Assembly: GCA_002269645.1 (NCBI GenBank)
Contig: NIVC01001102.1
Span: forward strand, 248,001 to 312,000
From: Macrostomum lignano
Taxonomy: Eukaryota
Direction of reading: 5' to 3'
DNA: 64,000 nucleotides
Position numbers and translations under genes: made by a program. Shown in pieces: positions 12,371 through 23,430 of this stretch. The notes beneath the pieces are model-generated. The model made no database searches, was not told the DNA's origin, and worked only from the letters and a program-made list of their open reading frames with translations. Every line of letters starts with the position of its first letter. The stretch's first letter is position 1.

Positions 12371-13259
12371 AAAAACACGGATGGTTCCTGTTGGACTAAA
12401 AGTCCTTAAACTTCAAGCTTATAAAACAGCTAATAATTCATTACAGAACAATAATAACTTCACTATACGGAAGTGTTAGATTTCAATTACCTGTCTTTTA
12501 TCTTGATAATATTTAGCCGACTTGAACCGGAAAATCCATTTCGATTGTATCCCAAATGTATTCCAAGAAATTATCAATAAACATCTTCGCGTTTACACTT
12601 AAATCATTGATGCCTCCTCCGACTCGCCTAGGTAACTAAAATTGGCACATTGACAATACAAATTTAGCGGCTGGCTAAAGAAAAGATTGACATATTAAAG
12701 ACATTCTACATTCTTGAAGTTAACCATTGTATCAGGAAACGTTTGATAGAAACTTATTTGAAGACCAAATTTCGCTTGAAAATACATAAACGACATAGGA
12801 ACTTATCAGGTCGTAGCTTTTAGCATGAATTGTTTTTAGCATTAATGCGTCTTGAGGGGAGAAAAAACCTAATTAGATCATGTTGGATTGGAGTCTCATG
12901 TTAGATAGAAGAGTCTTGTTTTAGATAGAATAGTCTTTTGTTAGACCCTGTCAGTACAAATCACATAACAATGTACTATGGACCTAAATACTCAAAACAA
13001 GACAAATAAGCAAAATGAATGCAGACCCAACTTTGCATCCTTTTCTCTGCAGTCGAACAGCCAGCTTAGCCTATTTTTATGCCTCTCTTTCAGGGTTTCC
13101 TGAATTTAAGTTTATAAAATTTTGAAGAGCTGCATCGGACGAACTTCATACCATCTTTCTGGGATCTTCATTGCAGAAGGTTGTTTTTAGTTAAGAGGCT
13201 GTGTGCACAACCGGCAAGAGGCATTGCTGCCAATCTCGCCGACTCCCCTAAGCAGGCAC

Positions 13260-13518
13260 ACAAGCGCGCGGATACGTACGCAGTCATACACGCAGGCACA
13301 CACTCACACAGCGGCCTTAACTTTATTTATCGTTAGACATGTACGAGCGTACACTTCAATGTGCCTTGGGGGTTGGCCGTCAATGGCGTTAATTGCACAA
13401 GCAGACCAAGCCGAGTTTCCAATTTAGCCCAAAATTAATGTGACTGCACTTGGATTCGAGCCTGGGCCGCTGGCACATCAGAGCGCCGCGCCAGACCGCT
13501 GGCCTGCGTCCTCGGCCG
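13260..13518 (-). mobile_element. tRNA-derived SINE, family A
   Basis: Minus-strand head with B-box-like GGCTCGAATCC, then the body motif ggccaacccccaag..gtacatg..acgat..aagt.a.ggccgctg shared with 7 other loci in the window. Confidence 0.7.
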
Positions 13519-13665
13519 ATTTTAGGTAAGCAAAAATAGTCCTTTACCAAGAGTGGTTTAAAAATTGTTTTCTAGCTAGCTAGTTGTATTTTAAGCGAGA
13601 TTTGGCCTAAATAAGTTGCAGTGATCCTTTTAGCAAAGTGTGCAGGGTCGTCATTAAATATTTCA

Positions 13666-15922
13666 TTACAAGATAATGCAGTAATTTTGGAAACGTTTGT
13701 CACTCACGAAAAAATGGAATAATGAGACGATAATTTTTCTTCGATTTTCAAAACCTCCGTTGCCTTCAGAACTACCAATAAACTTAGCGAGAAAGTTTAC
13801 GAGCGCCCTTATTTCTGTCTGTAGCGACCGCACTGCGCAGATCCGATCATGGCAGACGTCGATGCCAAGCGAGTCGCAGCGTTGCAGCAACTTCATCACC
13901 GCTGCTTTGCCTTCTTTCACGGACAGCGTCGAGTCTCCTTCCGGACACAGAACGCCGCCGAACTCTTCATCGCAAATCTGTTCACAAGACTCTCCTATCG
14001 GCATTCCGACTTTGTAGTGAGCCATCATGGTCAGACAGTTCTTCACTACCTCATGACAGCCCTCGAGCTCGCTGATTTTGTGCAGCACCCGTGCGAAGTC
14101 TTCAGGTGCCACAGGCTGACACTGACTCGGTGTAGCCTCTCTGTGCATCAGGGATTGAATCTCCCACACGATACCGAAGATCTCTTTACACTTGAAGTTC
14201 ATCTCGCCCTTGCTAAATTGCATCACGTCAGCAAAGTATATCAGAGGCTGAAGAGCAATGTGAAGATGAACAACTCTGACGCTGTTTTTGGTCAGACCGG
14301 CTTCAAAGACCTGAGCGATCTTCTGAATGTCATCGATCGCGGTTTTGGTCTCAGTAACGATTGACCTTTTGTCTGCGTGGTCCTTCTTCAGGTACACGAC
14401 GGCATCGCGCAAGAAGAAGTGTCTCATGCACACAGCTTCGAGTCTTCGGTCTGCGGCAGCAGCTTGAGTTGGATCGCTCACCTCTTCGTTATCAAAGCTC
14501 TCCATCATAGCTACCAGCATCTCCAGCGACTGCTTCAACAGTGACAACAAGTTTTCTGGTCTCCAGTCTTCGACGGGCGTCTCGTCAAGCATGTAGAACA
14601 GCAGGTTCTTGGCCATGTACGTCTTCAGACCGCTCACTTTAGAGCTGATGTGTCTCTTGATGAAGAACTTGAGCAGCACAAACAACTGTCCTTGGACTGT
14701 GGTGAGGTTGTGCATGACGATTCTCTCCAACAGAGTAGTGCTCACCCTCATCCGACTGCCCTCGAGTCCGGGAGGCGACGCAGATACGGCATGACACCGC
14801 GGCACTTGGAGAACCTCGGTTCGGATGGCTTCCAAAGTCTGTGTCGAAATGTGGGACCTGTAGCCGGGCGACAGCAGCTCGATGCGCGGATAGCTGCAGC
14901 AGTGCCGAGCAGAGATGGCTTCAATTTCCGGCAGTCGAAAAGTTGCTCCGTTGAAAGAAAGGCAGGGCGATGGTTCTGAAAAGTTCACACAATTAGTGTG
15001 GTTTTGTTTGTAGGCCATATAGCAGCATACTAGACCACTGGCCTAAGCGCTCGGCTGTGGTTTGTGAACCGCTCTGTTTTTGTTGTCATTCTCATGCAGT
15101 CGGATGCTTCGTAATTTCATAGGACATTTAATGTGTGTCGCATTATTGGTGACTTAGTTATTTCTTAGTTCACCTTCACTTGTCTCTGTTTACTATGTTT
15201 TATCTGCCTCTCTGTCTAGTTCAATCTTGTTATTCTTCTCTCTCTGCCTTGCTAAGTTGCTTCATTCTGATTGGCTCCTCAATCTCGCCTCTTTCCTTAG
15301 ACACGCACTCCACCCCTGCTTTTATTATCTGGACGCCCCACTTACTACTTCCGTCTGTTTAATATAACTCTAATTTAGAAACGTCTATCTTGCTATTTTC
15401 TTTACAGTTGGTAAATAAAAACCAGTCTTTTAAGCCCATTTGTCCCCTTTTCAGGAATTCCCTGACTCTTACATACTAAACTGCCGAACCTATTTATCAA
15501 GCCGATCAAGCTAAGGGTTTCAAAACTCGGATCGTTGAAAGTTCCGGCTAACCTTTTGATGCATAACACACGTGCCCGTCCTCGTAGTCAGCCACCTTGC
15601 AGCCTTTCAAACAATTGCTCGTCTCCGAGGCACTGCAGTCAGCTGGAATGTGAACCGAGTTCGACTTCAGCACGAATGTGATGTCAATATCCGAGTCTGA
15701 GTCGATGCTGCCGTCAATTGTGCTCAAGCAGCTGCCCCAGCCGTCGCAGAAGCTGCCGAACACGAAGAAGGTATCTTGGGACTTGAGCAGCAACCTCAGC
15801 AAGTCTTCAAGAGCCAAGGCTACTCCGCTCTGAGCTGCTGCATTTGAGGACTTGAAGCCCGCAGTCCTCATGGCAGCTGACAGGGCTCGGCTCTGGTCAG
15901 TGAATCGCTCTTCATCGGTCAT
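13666..15922 (-). CDS. Mab-21/cGAS-like nucleotidyltransferase, copy 1; exons 15922-15553 and 14975-13666 (about 559 aa)
   Basis: Exon 1 has FVFGSF..SDSDIDITF (GS and D-x-D). Exon 2 has EAISARHCCSYP, MRVSTTLLE, LLKFFIK, LKTYMAKNLLFY..E...DW and MRHFF, the Mab-21 helical-lobe pattern. Phase-1 splice aaag|gttag to ttttcag|aa. An extra 3' exon is possible. Confidence 0.85.
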
Positions 15923-16217
15923 TTCAAGACCGAACACAGAAAACGCAGCCTTTCGGTATGTCGCATTGAAATTTTGCTAGCACCTAGATTTGCTATTTTT
16001 CTGTGAGATTTTCTCGGTAGCTTTTTAAACATATCTAGGTACCTTAGAGGCGGTACTATATAACAATACGCTCGTACACTATGCAAACCGAACACTATAT
16101 GCTTTATAAAGAGGCCATTTTGCCTGTAGTTATTCAAGTTGATGCTTCTTTAATTCTTTTGTTTCAAAATTTTGATCCAAATATACTGATGGCTGTTCGA
16201 ATTTCGAATGAAGCGAA

Positions 16218-16681
16218 TGATGCTGATGATGATGATGATGCTGATGATGATGATGCTGATGATAGTGATGCTGATGATAATGATGCTGAGATGATGATAA
16301 TGATGGTGATGGTGATAATGATGATAATGAAGATAATGATAATGATGATAATGATGTTGATGATGATGATGATGATGATGATGATGCTGATGCTGATGAT
16401 GATGATGATGATGCTGATGATGATGATGCTGATGATAGTGATGCTGATGATAATGATGCTGAGATGATGATAATGATATTTCTGATAATTATGATGATGC
16501 TGAGATGATGATAATGATGGTGATGATGATAATGATATTGCTGATGATGATGATGATGCTGAGATGATGATAATGATGGTAATGATGATAATGATGGTGG
16601 TGATGATGATGATGATGATGCTGATGATGATGATGCTGAGATAATGATTATGCTGAGATGATGATAATGATGGTGATGATA
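16218..16681. repeat. Imperfect (GAT)n microsatellite
   Basis: Visible; generates the poly-D, poly-M and poly-H/S ORFs in the track. Confidence 0.95.
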
Positions 16682-17570
16682 ATTAGCTCTGCCAGACAAT
16701 TACACAAAGGAAGTATCGTTGATCATTGTAAGCTTTTTATAGGCATGGTGGGTTGTTGCAGAAGGAAACAAAATGTATTTTCTAGATATTCATGAATTAT
16801 TAAGTATATTTGAAACAGAATCAAGTCAGAACCTCTTATTGAAACAGAATCAACTAGTTTAAGTTGTCCCTAGTCAGAACTTTGTTTGATCATCTACATC
16901 AGACGTCGACAAAATTTTTACTTCAAGAGCCGGATAAAGAATCTACAATAGATCATTACTGCGGGTCAGATGAGAGAGTGGAAAGGAGAGGTAATGGAGG
17001 AGAGAGAAGATGGAGGAGATGACAGAAGAGAGGAGAGGCGAGATGAGAAATGCGATGAGATTAGAAATGAGTAAAAAGCTGAAAGAGGAGACAAAAGACA
17101 GAGGAGAGAACTAAGAAGAGACTAACCTTAAGCGCGTCGGATTGCTATCGTGAAGCTTCAAAGGACCCGAAGACCGGGCAGCGAGACTTTACAGCCCGGA
17201 GTTTGCTGACCCCTGGTCTAAGTGAAGTCGCGAGTTCTTATTTCAAATGTGCTTAAATACTTTTATTAGGTGACGATTAAACATCATCATTGTTGCCTAA
17301 TACGTCGTACATGTGTCTTACGAGTATATGCTTGAAACCTACTTCTACTTCTATCTGTTCAATACGTGTATTCTGAAATTTTATTACCAAAGGACTGGGT
17401 ATTAGACTCCCATTCCGAAGAGATTGCCCTTAATATTAATAATATAATTGCAAGGAGGACTAGCTAAGGGCACCCTGCCGCAACGTCATAAGCAAAATCA
17501 TCGCACGTCGCTTCCAGCGTCGGCAGCTACGAGCAGAAGCAAGCCCGGATACTGTATACAAGCCGACAAC

Positions 17571-17645
17571 TCACACACACGCTCACAGGCTGTACAGCGG
17601 CCCTGACTTTCTAATCGTCTGGCATGTACACTCTCCGTGCCTTGA
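17571..17645 (-). mobile_element. SINE family A core fragment
   Basis: gctcacaggctgtacagcggccctgactttctaatcgtctggcatgtacactct matches the family core. Confidence 0.75.
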
Positions 17646-18237
17646 AGAATTCACGAAACAGATCGACGCTGGATATTGGCTCTTGATCGGCGAAGAGTTT
17701 TGAGTCGAAAGGAATTAGTGTCAACCTGCCTAATTCAAGGATATATATCGTCGAAGAATGTCCCAAACATCTATTAGCGGAACGGCCGGAGGGAGAGAAC
17801 AAAGGCAACAATCGGATAGCACGGGCAAAACATCCTACCGCCCTGTATGGGCAACTTACGAGACCCGAGTATATTCGAAAGCATTCGAAAAAACTATTTG
17901 GAAAGCATTTGGAAGAGTAAAAGGTAAACGAAGCGAAAGAAAAAAAAGAAGTTGCAGAGATTGCGAGAAAGGGGGCTAAAAGAAGAAAAAAACGCACACG
18001 CAATCTGGTGAGGAGAGATAGGCTGAGGCGGGCACAACGCACGGGGGCTAAAAAGGCCCCACAGACACCCACCCCCGGACCAAGCACCCCCAAACGGGCG
18101 ACGACAAGCCCCCCCCCCGGCCCCGCTAACAGCGATTGGCCAGCCAATCTACACTTAGCGGAACGGCCGGAGGGAGAGAACAAAGGCAACAATTGGATAG
18201 CACGAGCAAAACATCCCAAAAAACCTGAACAAAAGGA

Positions 18238-19230
18238 TTAAAGAGTAGTGTACACGGCGACGGGGAGAGTCAGGCGAGCGCTAGAGAGGTGCCGACAGCA
18301 CACGCTTGACCATTGGGCGCAGGAGACGGAGGCAACCCCCCCCCCCCCCGACTGCGGCAGGTAACGTGAAACGGCGCCGCTGCGCCAGCCGCCCAGCCGC
18401 TTGATCTGCTCCACGTCGAGGCCGCTGTCGAACGCCAGACAGACGCCACCCCGTCGTAGAGAGTGGCCTGAGAAAGCTGTCACCGCCCAACCCGCATCTG
18501 TCAGAGCCCGAGCGAGGCGGCGGTTGAATTGACGCGATGTCATCGGGCACCAGCTTCCGGCCATGTGGACGCAAAACAGCCGAGTGAGCGCCGGCGCAGA
18601 CAGCAGCTTGTTAGTCTGAAAATGCCGCCGCAGGGCTTGGACAGGACAAAGTGGGTGGCTTCCGAGCGCTGGCAGCACCGCCTCCTGGTAGTCTTGTCTG
18701 CATTGGTTGGTCTTCGACTGTCGAACTCGGAGTCTCCAGCACTGACTATCGGCCTGAGTGTCGCCGACGAGAATGAAGTGGCGCCCGCAGACACTTGCTT
18801 TCCTGAGAAGCGCCCAGAAGCAGCAGAGCACGGCGGCCCAAAAGGCGGCGTCTGCAGGGTCTCTTGGGTTCACCTGATTTGCCAGTGAAAACAGAACCGC
18901 CGGGGTGATGGGGTCTTTCTGCTTGACTGAATGGCCGCTTGTCCGTTTGGCGCTCTTAACTGCCAGATCGACCAGGCCGGACTTGGTGATGTCGGGGAGT
19001 TGCGCCAGCTTGAAGCTCCAGCTGATGGCCGCCAAGTGTCCACCGAGGCTACCGGGTGCCACGCCGCGCTTAGCCAGGCGTCGCACATACTCGACCAGGT
19101 GCACCGGGGACGCCGCTAGTGGCTGAACACCTTCGAGGTTGCAGAAGCGCTGCCACTGTTCGAGGTTTGAAGCGTACGATGCCCTCGTACTAGGAGCCCA
19201 GGCGTCGGCGAGAAAGCGAAGGAGAGGCCC
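18238..19230 (-). CDS. Tyrosine recombinase of the Ngaro element
   Basis: WAPSTRASY..WQRFC, LLRKAS, SKT, LCPV, FSGHSLRRGG and GGWRS..VSRY: catalytic R-K-HxxR-W-Y all present. The frame is open to about 19320 and overlaps the RNaseH end; start codon unclear. Confidence 0.92.
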   Translation of the reverse strand, partial: GPLLRFLADAWAPSTRASYASNLEQWQRFCNLEGVQPLAASPVHLVEYVRRLAKRGVAPGSLGGHLAAISWSFKLAQLPDITKSGLVDLAVKSAKRTSGHSVKQKDPITPAVLFSLANQVNPRDPADAAFWAAVLCCFWALLRKASVCGRHFILVGDTQADSQCWRLRVRQSKTNQCRQDYQEAVLPALGSHPLCPVQALRRHFQTNKLLSAPALTRLFCVHMAGSWCPMTSRQFNRRLARALTDAGWAVTAFSGHSLRRGGVCLAFDSGLDVEQIKRLGGWRSGAVSRYLPQSGGGGVASVSCAQWSSVCCRHLSSARLTLPVAVYTTL

Positions 19231-19329
19231 GGGTAGGCGGGAGGGAGGAGGCGCCGGACCTGTAAAAGCAAAAGGGAGGCGGAGGCAGAGCAGAGCGCGT
19301 GGCGCGAGATGCAGCAGGAGTCAGCAGCC

Positions 19330-20905
19330 AAATTATGCAGGCTACGGTAGAAGCGGGGAAAAAAATTCTAGAAGCAAGGCGAGAGGCCGGATCCGCCAGG
19401 ACCTGGAAGGCGCCTGGAACGTGAAAGGCCCGCAGCCGAAGACCCCACGCGTCGCAGGCAAGCGACAGCGTGTGCAGGAGCCGGTTGACGTCGTTACATG
19501 GCGAGCTGAGCTTGTTCAGCGCACCTACAGCCGCCGAGCTGTCGCTGTACACGACGATGTCCGCACCGGTGAAACGGCCCGGGGCCGCGAGGATGCTGAG
19601 GACAGGCGTGATGGTCTCCTTTACGTTAATGTGGGCCGAAGCAAAAAGGCCACCAGCGTCATTCTTCCAGTTGATGTAGAGCCAGTCGGACTTATTGGCC
19701 AGTCATTCTTCCAGTTGATGTAGAGCCAGTCGGACCCGAGTTGCAGGCGTCCGTCTCGATGACGATCCTTCGAGCGTAGCGAGGCCAGATGGGCGCGCAG
19801 CCAACGGACTGAAGGCTTTTCCTCTACCAGTGCAGCGACTCGGTGAGGTGCGGGGTCAGCCGCAATTTGTCACCAGGTCTAGTCGCCCGGCTCACCAGCA
19901 TCAGTAGAGGGCGGATGGAAGCTCGGCCTTTCCTGGTCACGCTGCTCACCCAGGACAGCTTGCCGCAGATCCGCTGAAGGTCGCGCTTGCTGATGGCACC
20001 GCGTCGATGCAAGCAGCTCCCAAATGCGTCTTTGAGTGCACTGAGCTTGGCCGGTGGGATGCTCAACATCCCCGACTCTGTGTCAATCAGGACGCCCAGG
20101 AAAACTGTGCGCCGCGACGGCCCGCTAGACTTCTTTTCGTTGATGGTGAAACCGAGGCTCGTCGCCAGGCTCCTCAAGCTCTCGTAAGCCTCGACACAGG
20201 CCTCGTAGGTGCTCGCCGCCACAGCGAAGTCGTCGAGGTAGCCAACGCAGGTGAACCCGCACCGTTGCATCATGCGCACCACCGCCTTAGACAGCCTGTT
20301 GAAATGGTACACCGAGGCCGCAGCGCCGAAGCTCAGCCGGGTGTCGACCAGGTAGGTAGGCTCGCTGTCGCCGCTAAATTGCCATTTGATGCCCAGAGCG
20401 TCGAGAGAAGAAGGATAAACACCCACTGAGCGATACGCCTCCTTGAGATCGATCTTGGCCGTGAAGTCACCGGGCTTGAGTTGTGAGCAGAGGCCGCTAA
20501 CCGTCTCAAACTTAATCTTGTGGTCTGCGATAAAGTGGTCGTTGACCGCATAGCCTTCCGGACGACTGCAGTCGTGGATGATACGGACTCCACCGTCCTC
20601 TTTCGGGATGGCACCAAGCGCGGAGATCTTGCACGGACGTCGGCTGATTGACACATACCGCCCGCTGGCGATCTCACGCTGCAATTGCTCTTCAACCAAC
20701 GTCTTGTACTCAATGGCGGACGAGTAGTTCTCAACTTCGGAAAGTTTAAAATCTGTTTCAGTAGTGAGCGCGAAGCCGTTTTGGACTCCGTCAATTAAAA
20801 AAGGCCCGTCGGGGTCGCCGTCCAGCTCCTTCGCCCAGGCATTTGCGTCAAGGGAGCCACTCGGATTGAAATTGATGTCGCGAATGGAGTTAAAAACTTG
20901 GGATT
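19330..20905 (-). pseudogene. Ngaro pol (RT + RNaseH), disrupted
   Basis: W..ELDGDPDGPFLIDG, RIIHDCSRP, KIDLKEAY, RLSFG, YLDD, FLGVLID; RNaseH TDAC, HINVKE, YSDSSAAV, HVPG..LADPASR. TAG at 19824 and a 34-bp duplication (19658-19691 / 19702-19735) break it. Confidence 0.9.
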
Positions 20906-20931
20906 AAAACTTGCGGCCACTGGAGCCGCGG

Positions 20932-21923
20932 CTATTCGTTTTTTGCCGCGTGTTGCGTCTCGCTGTGGTCCGAGCGCAAGCAGACTCGGCACGCATGAGT
21001 GTACTTGCAATTCTGGAACTTGCAGCCACCACGGGTGTTGAACTTGAGGCAGACGGGCGCTCCTTGAATCACCGGAATCTCCCTGTCCGTGCGAGAACGG
21101 GCATGTTGTGGAGTCTGCTGCGGGGCAATGAGGTGCCGTGCCACCAGCGAGAAACTCGGTCGCACCCAGTCTTGCATGCCCGCCTGCTGCTCTCTTCTGA
21201 ATGCGTCGTCGAACTGCATGATCCTGGTGGTGTCGTAACCTGCCTCGACCAGCTCACCGTTCTGCACATTGTACTGCAAGTACTGCCGAACGCTTTCCAG
21301 GTCGAGCTGTCCCCTAGAGATCAGGGCGTCGAGGATGCGCGCGTTACCGACTATCCACTGACCGATTCCCAGCGATTCGGGTTTAGGCTGATTGGCGGTT
21401 GGATGCAGCACCTTTTCCCTACGACTCGCCGGCGCCGTCCGAGGGTCGCAACCGCAGAAATCCGCAACGACGAGTGGTGCCGCGCGTAGCCCTAGTTGAG
21501 CTACTGAGGGCTCGAGCCTGGTCTCGAACCCGGGACCTCTGAGCATACTCGGGATATTCATGTCGCTACTACAATCAGAGGGCTCATTAAGAAGCTGTTG
21601 GTCCACCTCACCTGGTCTAAATCGGCCTTCCAGCTGCTGGCGCATTGCTGCCGTCTCCGATTCCAGGCTAGCTATCTTCCGCCGGAGCTCTGATAGGTCC
21701 AGCGCCTCCCCTGCCTCCAGCCGTTGTTGCTGCTGCTGCCGCCGACCTTCGCTGTCGGTCTCCGCGGAGTTTGACGCCGCTTGTTCCGCCGACTAGCTGC
21801 TTCGCTCTGGCTCATCGCAGTGGAGAGTCTGCTGACCAGGTCTTTCTTGTAACCGTGCGTGCTCAGGCCCCTATCTCTCAATTCTTCACGTAGCTGATTT
21901 ACAGTCATCCTACGCAAACTCAT
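20932..21923 (-). CDS. Ngaro ORF1/gag-like: N-terminal SAP motif, coiled coil, C-terminal Cys/His zinc finger; one frameshift near 21792
   Basis: MTVNQLREELRDRGLSTHGYKKDLVSRL fits the SAP consensus. Adding one base near 21792 joins it to SAEQAAS...AMRQQLEGR...CLKFNTRGGCKFQNCKYTHACRVCLRSDH. Confidence 0.82.
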
Positions 21924-22141
21924 AGTACCCAGAGTAAATTGAATAATTAAGTTGGGCTAGCCAGAAATCGCAAAAAAACGCACGCAAGCTGGCGAGGAGA
22001 GATAGGCTGAGGTGGGCACAACGCACGGGGCTAAAAAGGCCCACAGACACCCACCCCAGGACCAAGCAACCCCAAACACGGGCGACGACAAGCCCCCCCC
22101 CCTGGCCCCGCTAACAGCGATTGGCCAGCCAATCTACACTT

Positions 22142-22650
22142 GAGTCGACTAGAAACAATGCAGGGAAAGTCAGACAAGGAGATTCTGATACTGACTGGAA
22201 GAGCTAAAATTGCACTCGTAAAACTGCGTGGACAACATCTGGAAAGCAAAAAACATCCACATGAAAAATAAAATGCTGCTAATGATATTGGTAGTCATGG
22301 AAAATCTTCTCTATGCGTGAGTGCTGGGCAATGGAGAAGAAGTATGAAAAGCAACTGAGATCTTTCGAGATGAAGACTTACAGATCTATGATGGAGGCCT
22401 TGTGGAAGGAAATTCCGCTCCTTCAGGCAATGTGCGAGAAGTGATGGAGCGCTGAAGGCCGTGGTTGAAGTTGTTGGTGAGGGGCGAAGGGACAGAGGCA
22501 GGCCACAAGGTGGTTGGACAGGCAGTCTAGCTGATGGAGTGGAGTGGAGAGTGGATGGTGCAGCGGAGCAGGATTGCCTTGGATCGAAGGAGTTGGAGAT
22601 TCGCTGTCGAGAAATGGATACACCAACAGCCATAACCGTTTACCGACCTA
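22142..22650 (+). mobile_element. Second RTE-like LINE relic, apparent host of the Ngaro insertion
   Basis: GKSDKEILI, NIWKAKNI.MKNK...LLYA/ECW..EKQLRSFEMKTYR and IALDRRSWR are RTE C-terminal motifs; the frame reads through the reconstituted empty site from about 17746. Confidence 0.7.
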
Positions 22651-23430
22651 ATGATGATGATAGCCAGGAAACGTCTCAAACATCCATTGAGTCGACTAGC
22701 GGCTGCCGAGGTCGATTACGTCTAAAAACTCGGGTCCTGCAAAAAATGGCGTGATGTATCTGTGCAGTATTAGTCTGGGATGGCCTCTTTCCCCAGCCAG
22801 CAATGCTCACATTTGACCCTTTTGGCTGGAAACAGTCCAAGAGTCTCTGGGACTCTGTCTCTTGTTTTCATCTTGCAAGGCATACTTTCAAGGGCCTTCC
22901 TGAACAGATTTATTGGCGCCGAGGACCCACAAACCCACCCTCTAATGTGTCAGTGTAACTCCGTGCTGATGTTCGCTTGCTAGGAACGGTTTCCCTTGCG
23001 TCCTTGGGTCCTCACGCAGGGAGGGATTTTTTCTCTTGAGGAACCTGCCGCTTGGTTTGGGGAGCAGTGTATTGCAGCTCTTTGCCTGTGTTCTGCAGTA
23101 AGTTCACCTTTTTCACTTCCAGTCAATAGCTTCAACGAGTAGCCGAAGGGACTTGCGAAAATACTTCGTTGGAAGTTATGGAAGTTATTGGTCGTCATGG
23201 GCTAGCGTAATGAGCGGTCTCGCCCGCTTCCACGCTTCATCCGCCGGACGATGCCGCCTGCAACTCAATCAAGTAATTCAACTAGCAGCTGCTCTCACAG
23301 AGTCTTGGGTTCCGAGGTTGGTCGAGCCTTTGTTAGTTATCTTTGGCGTGTGTTCAGCAGCTCGTACATGTGTTCAGAAAAATACGTAAGTTACAGATAA
23401 ATACGTAGCAAAACTCCTGTGCAAATTGTA

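Larger units (their letters stand above)
17774..22141 (-). mobile_element. Ngaro-type tyrosine-recombinase (DIRS-order) retrotransposon with split direct repeats
   Basis: gag, RT/RNaseH and YR on the minus strand. Repeat A at about 21973-22141 and 17986-18156; repeat B at about 18155-18217 and 17774-17835. This gives the A1-ORFs-B1-A2-B2 order characteristic of Ngaro. Confidence 0.93.

Noticed and set aside
16081-16699. Poly-D/M and poly-H/S proteins
   Set aside because: Products of the (GAT)n microsatellite.
17611-21796. Many overlapping antisense ORFs in the Ngaro element, and similarly in the kinases, cGLRs and the RTE relic
   Set aside because: Shadow ORFs of GC-rich coding sequence.
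13666-22141. Bacterial CBASS or retron island (NTase + RT + integrase)
   Set aside because: The NTases have spliceosomal introns, and the RT and YR belong to an Ngaro retrotransposon defined by its split repeats.
22760-23390. Coding-like GC-balanced segment
   Set aside because: Stops in all plausible frames and no motif recognised.
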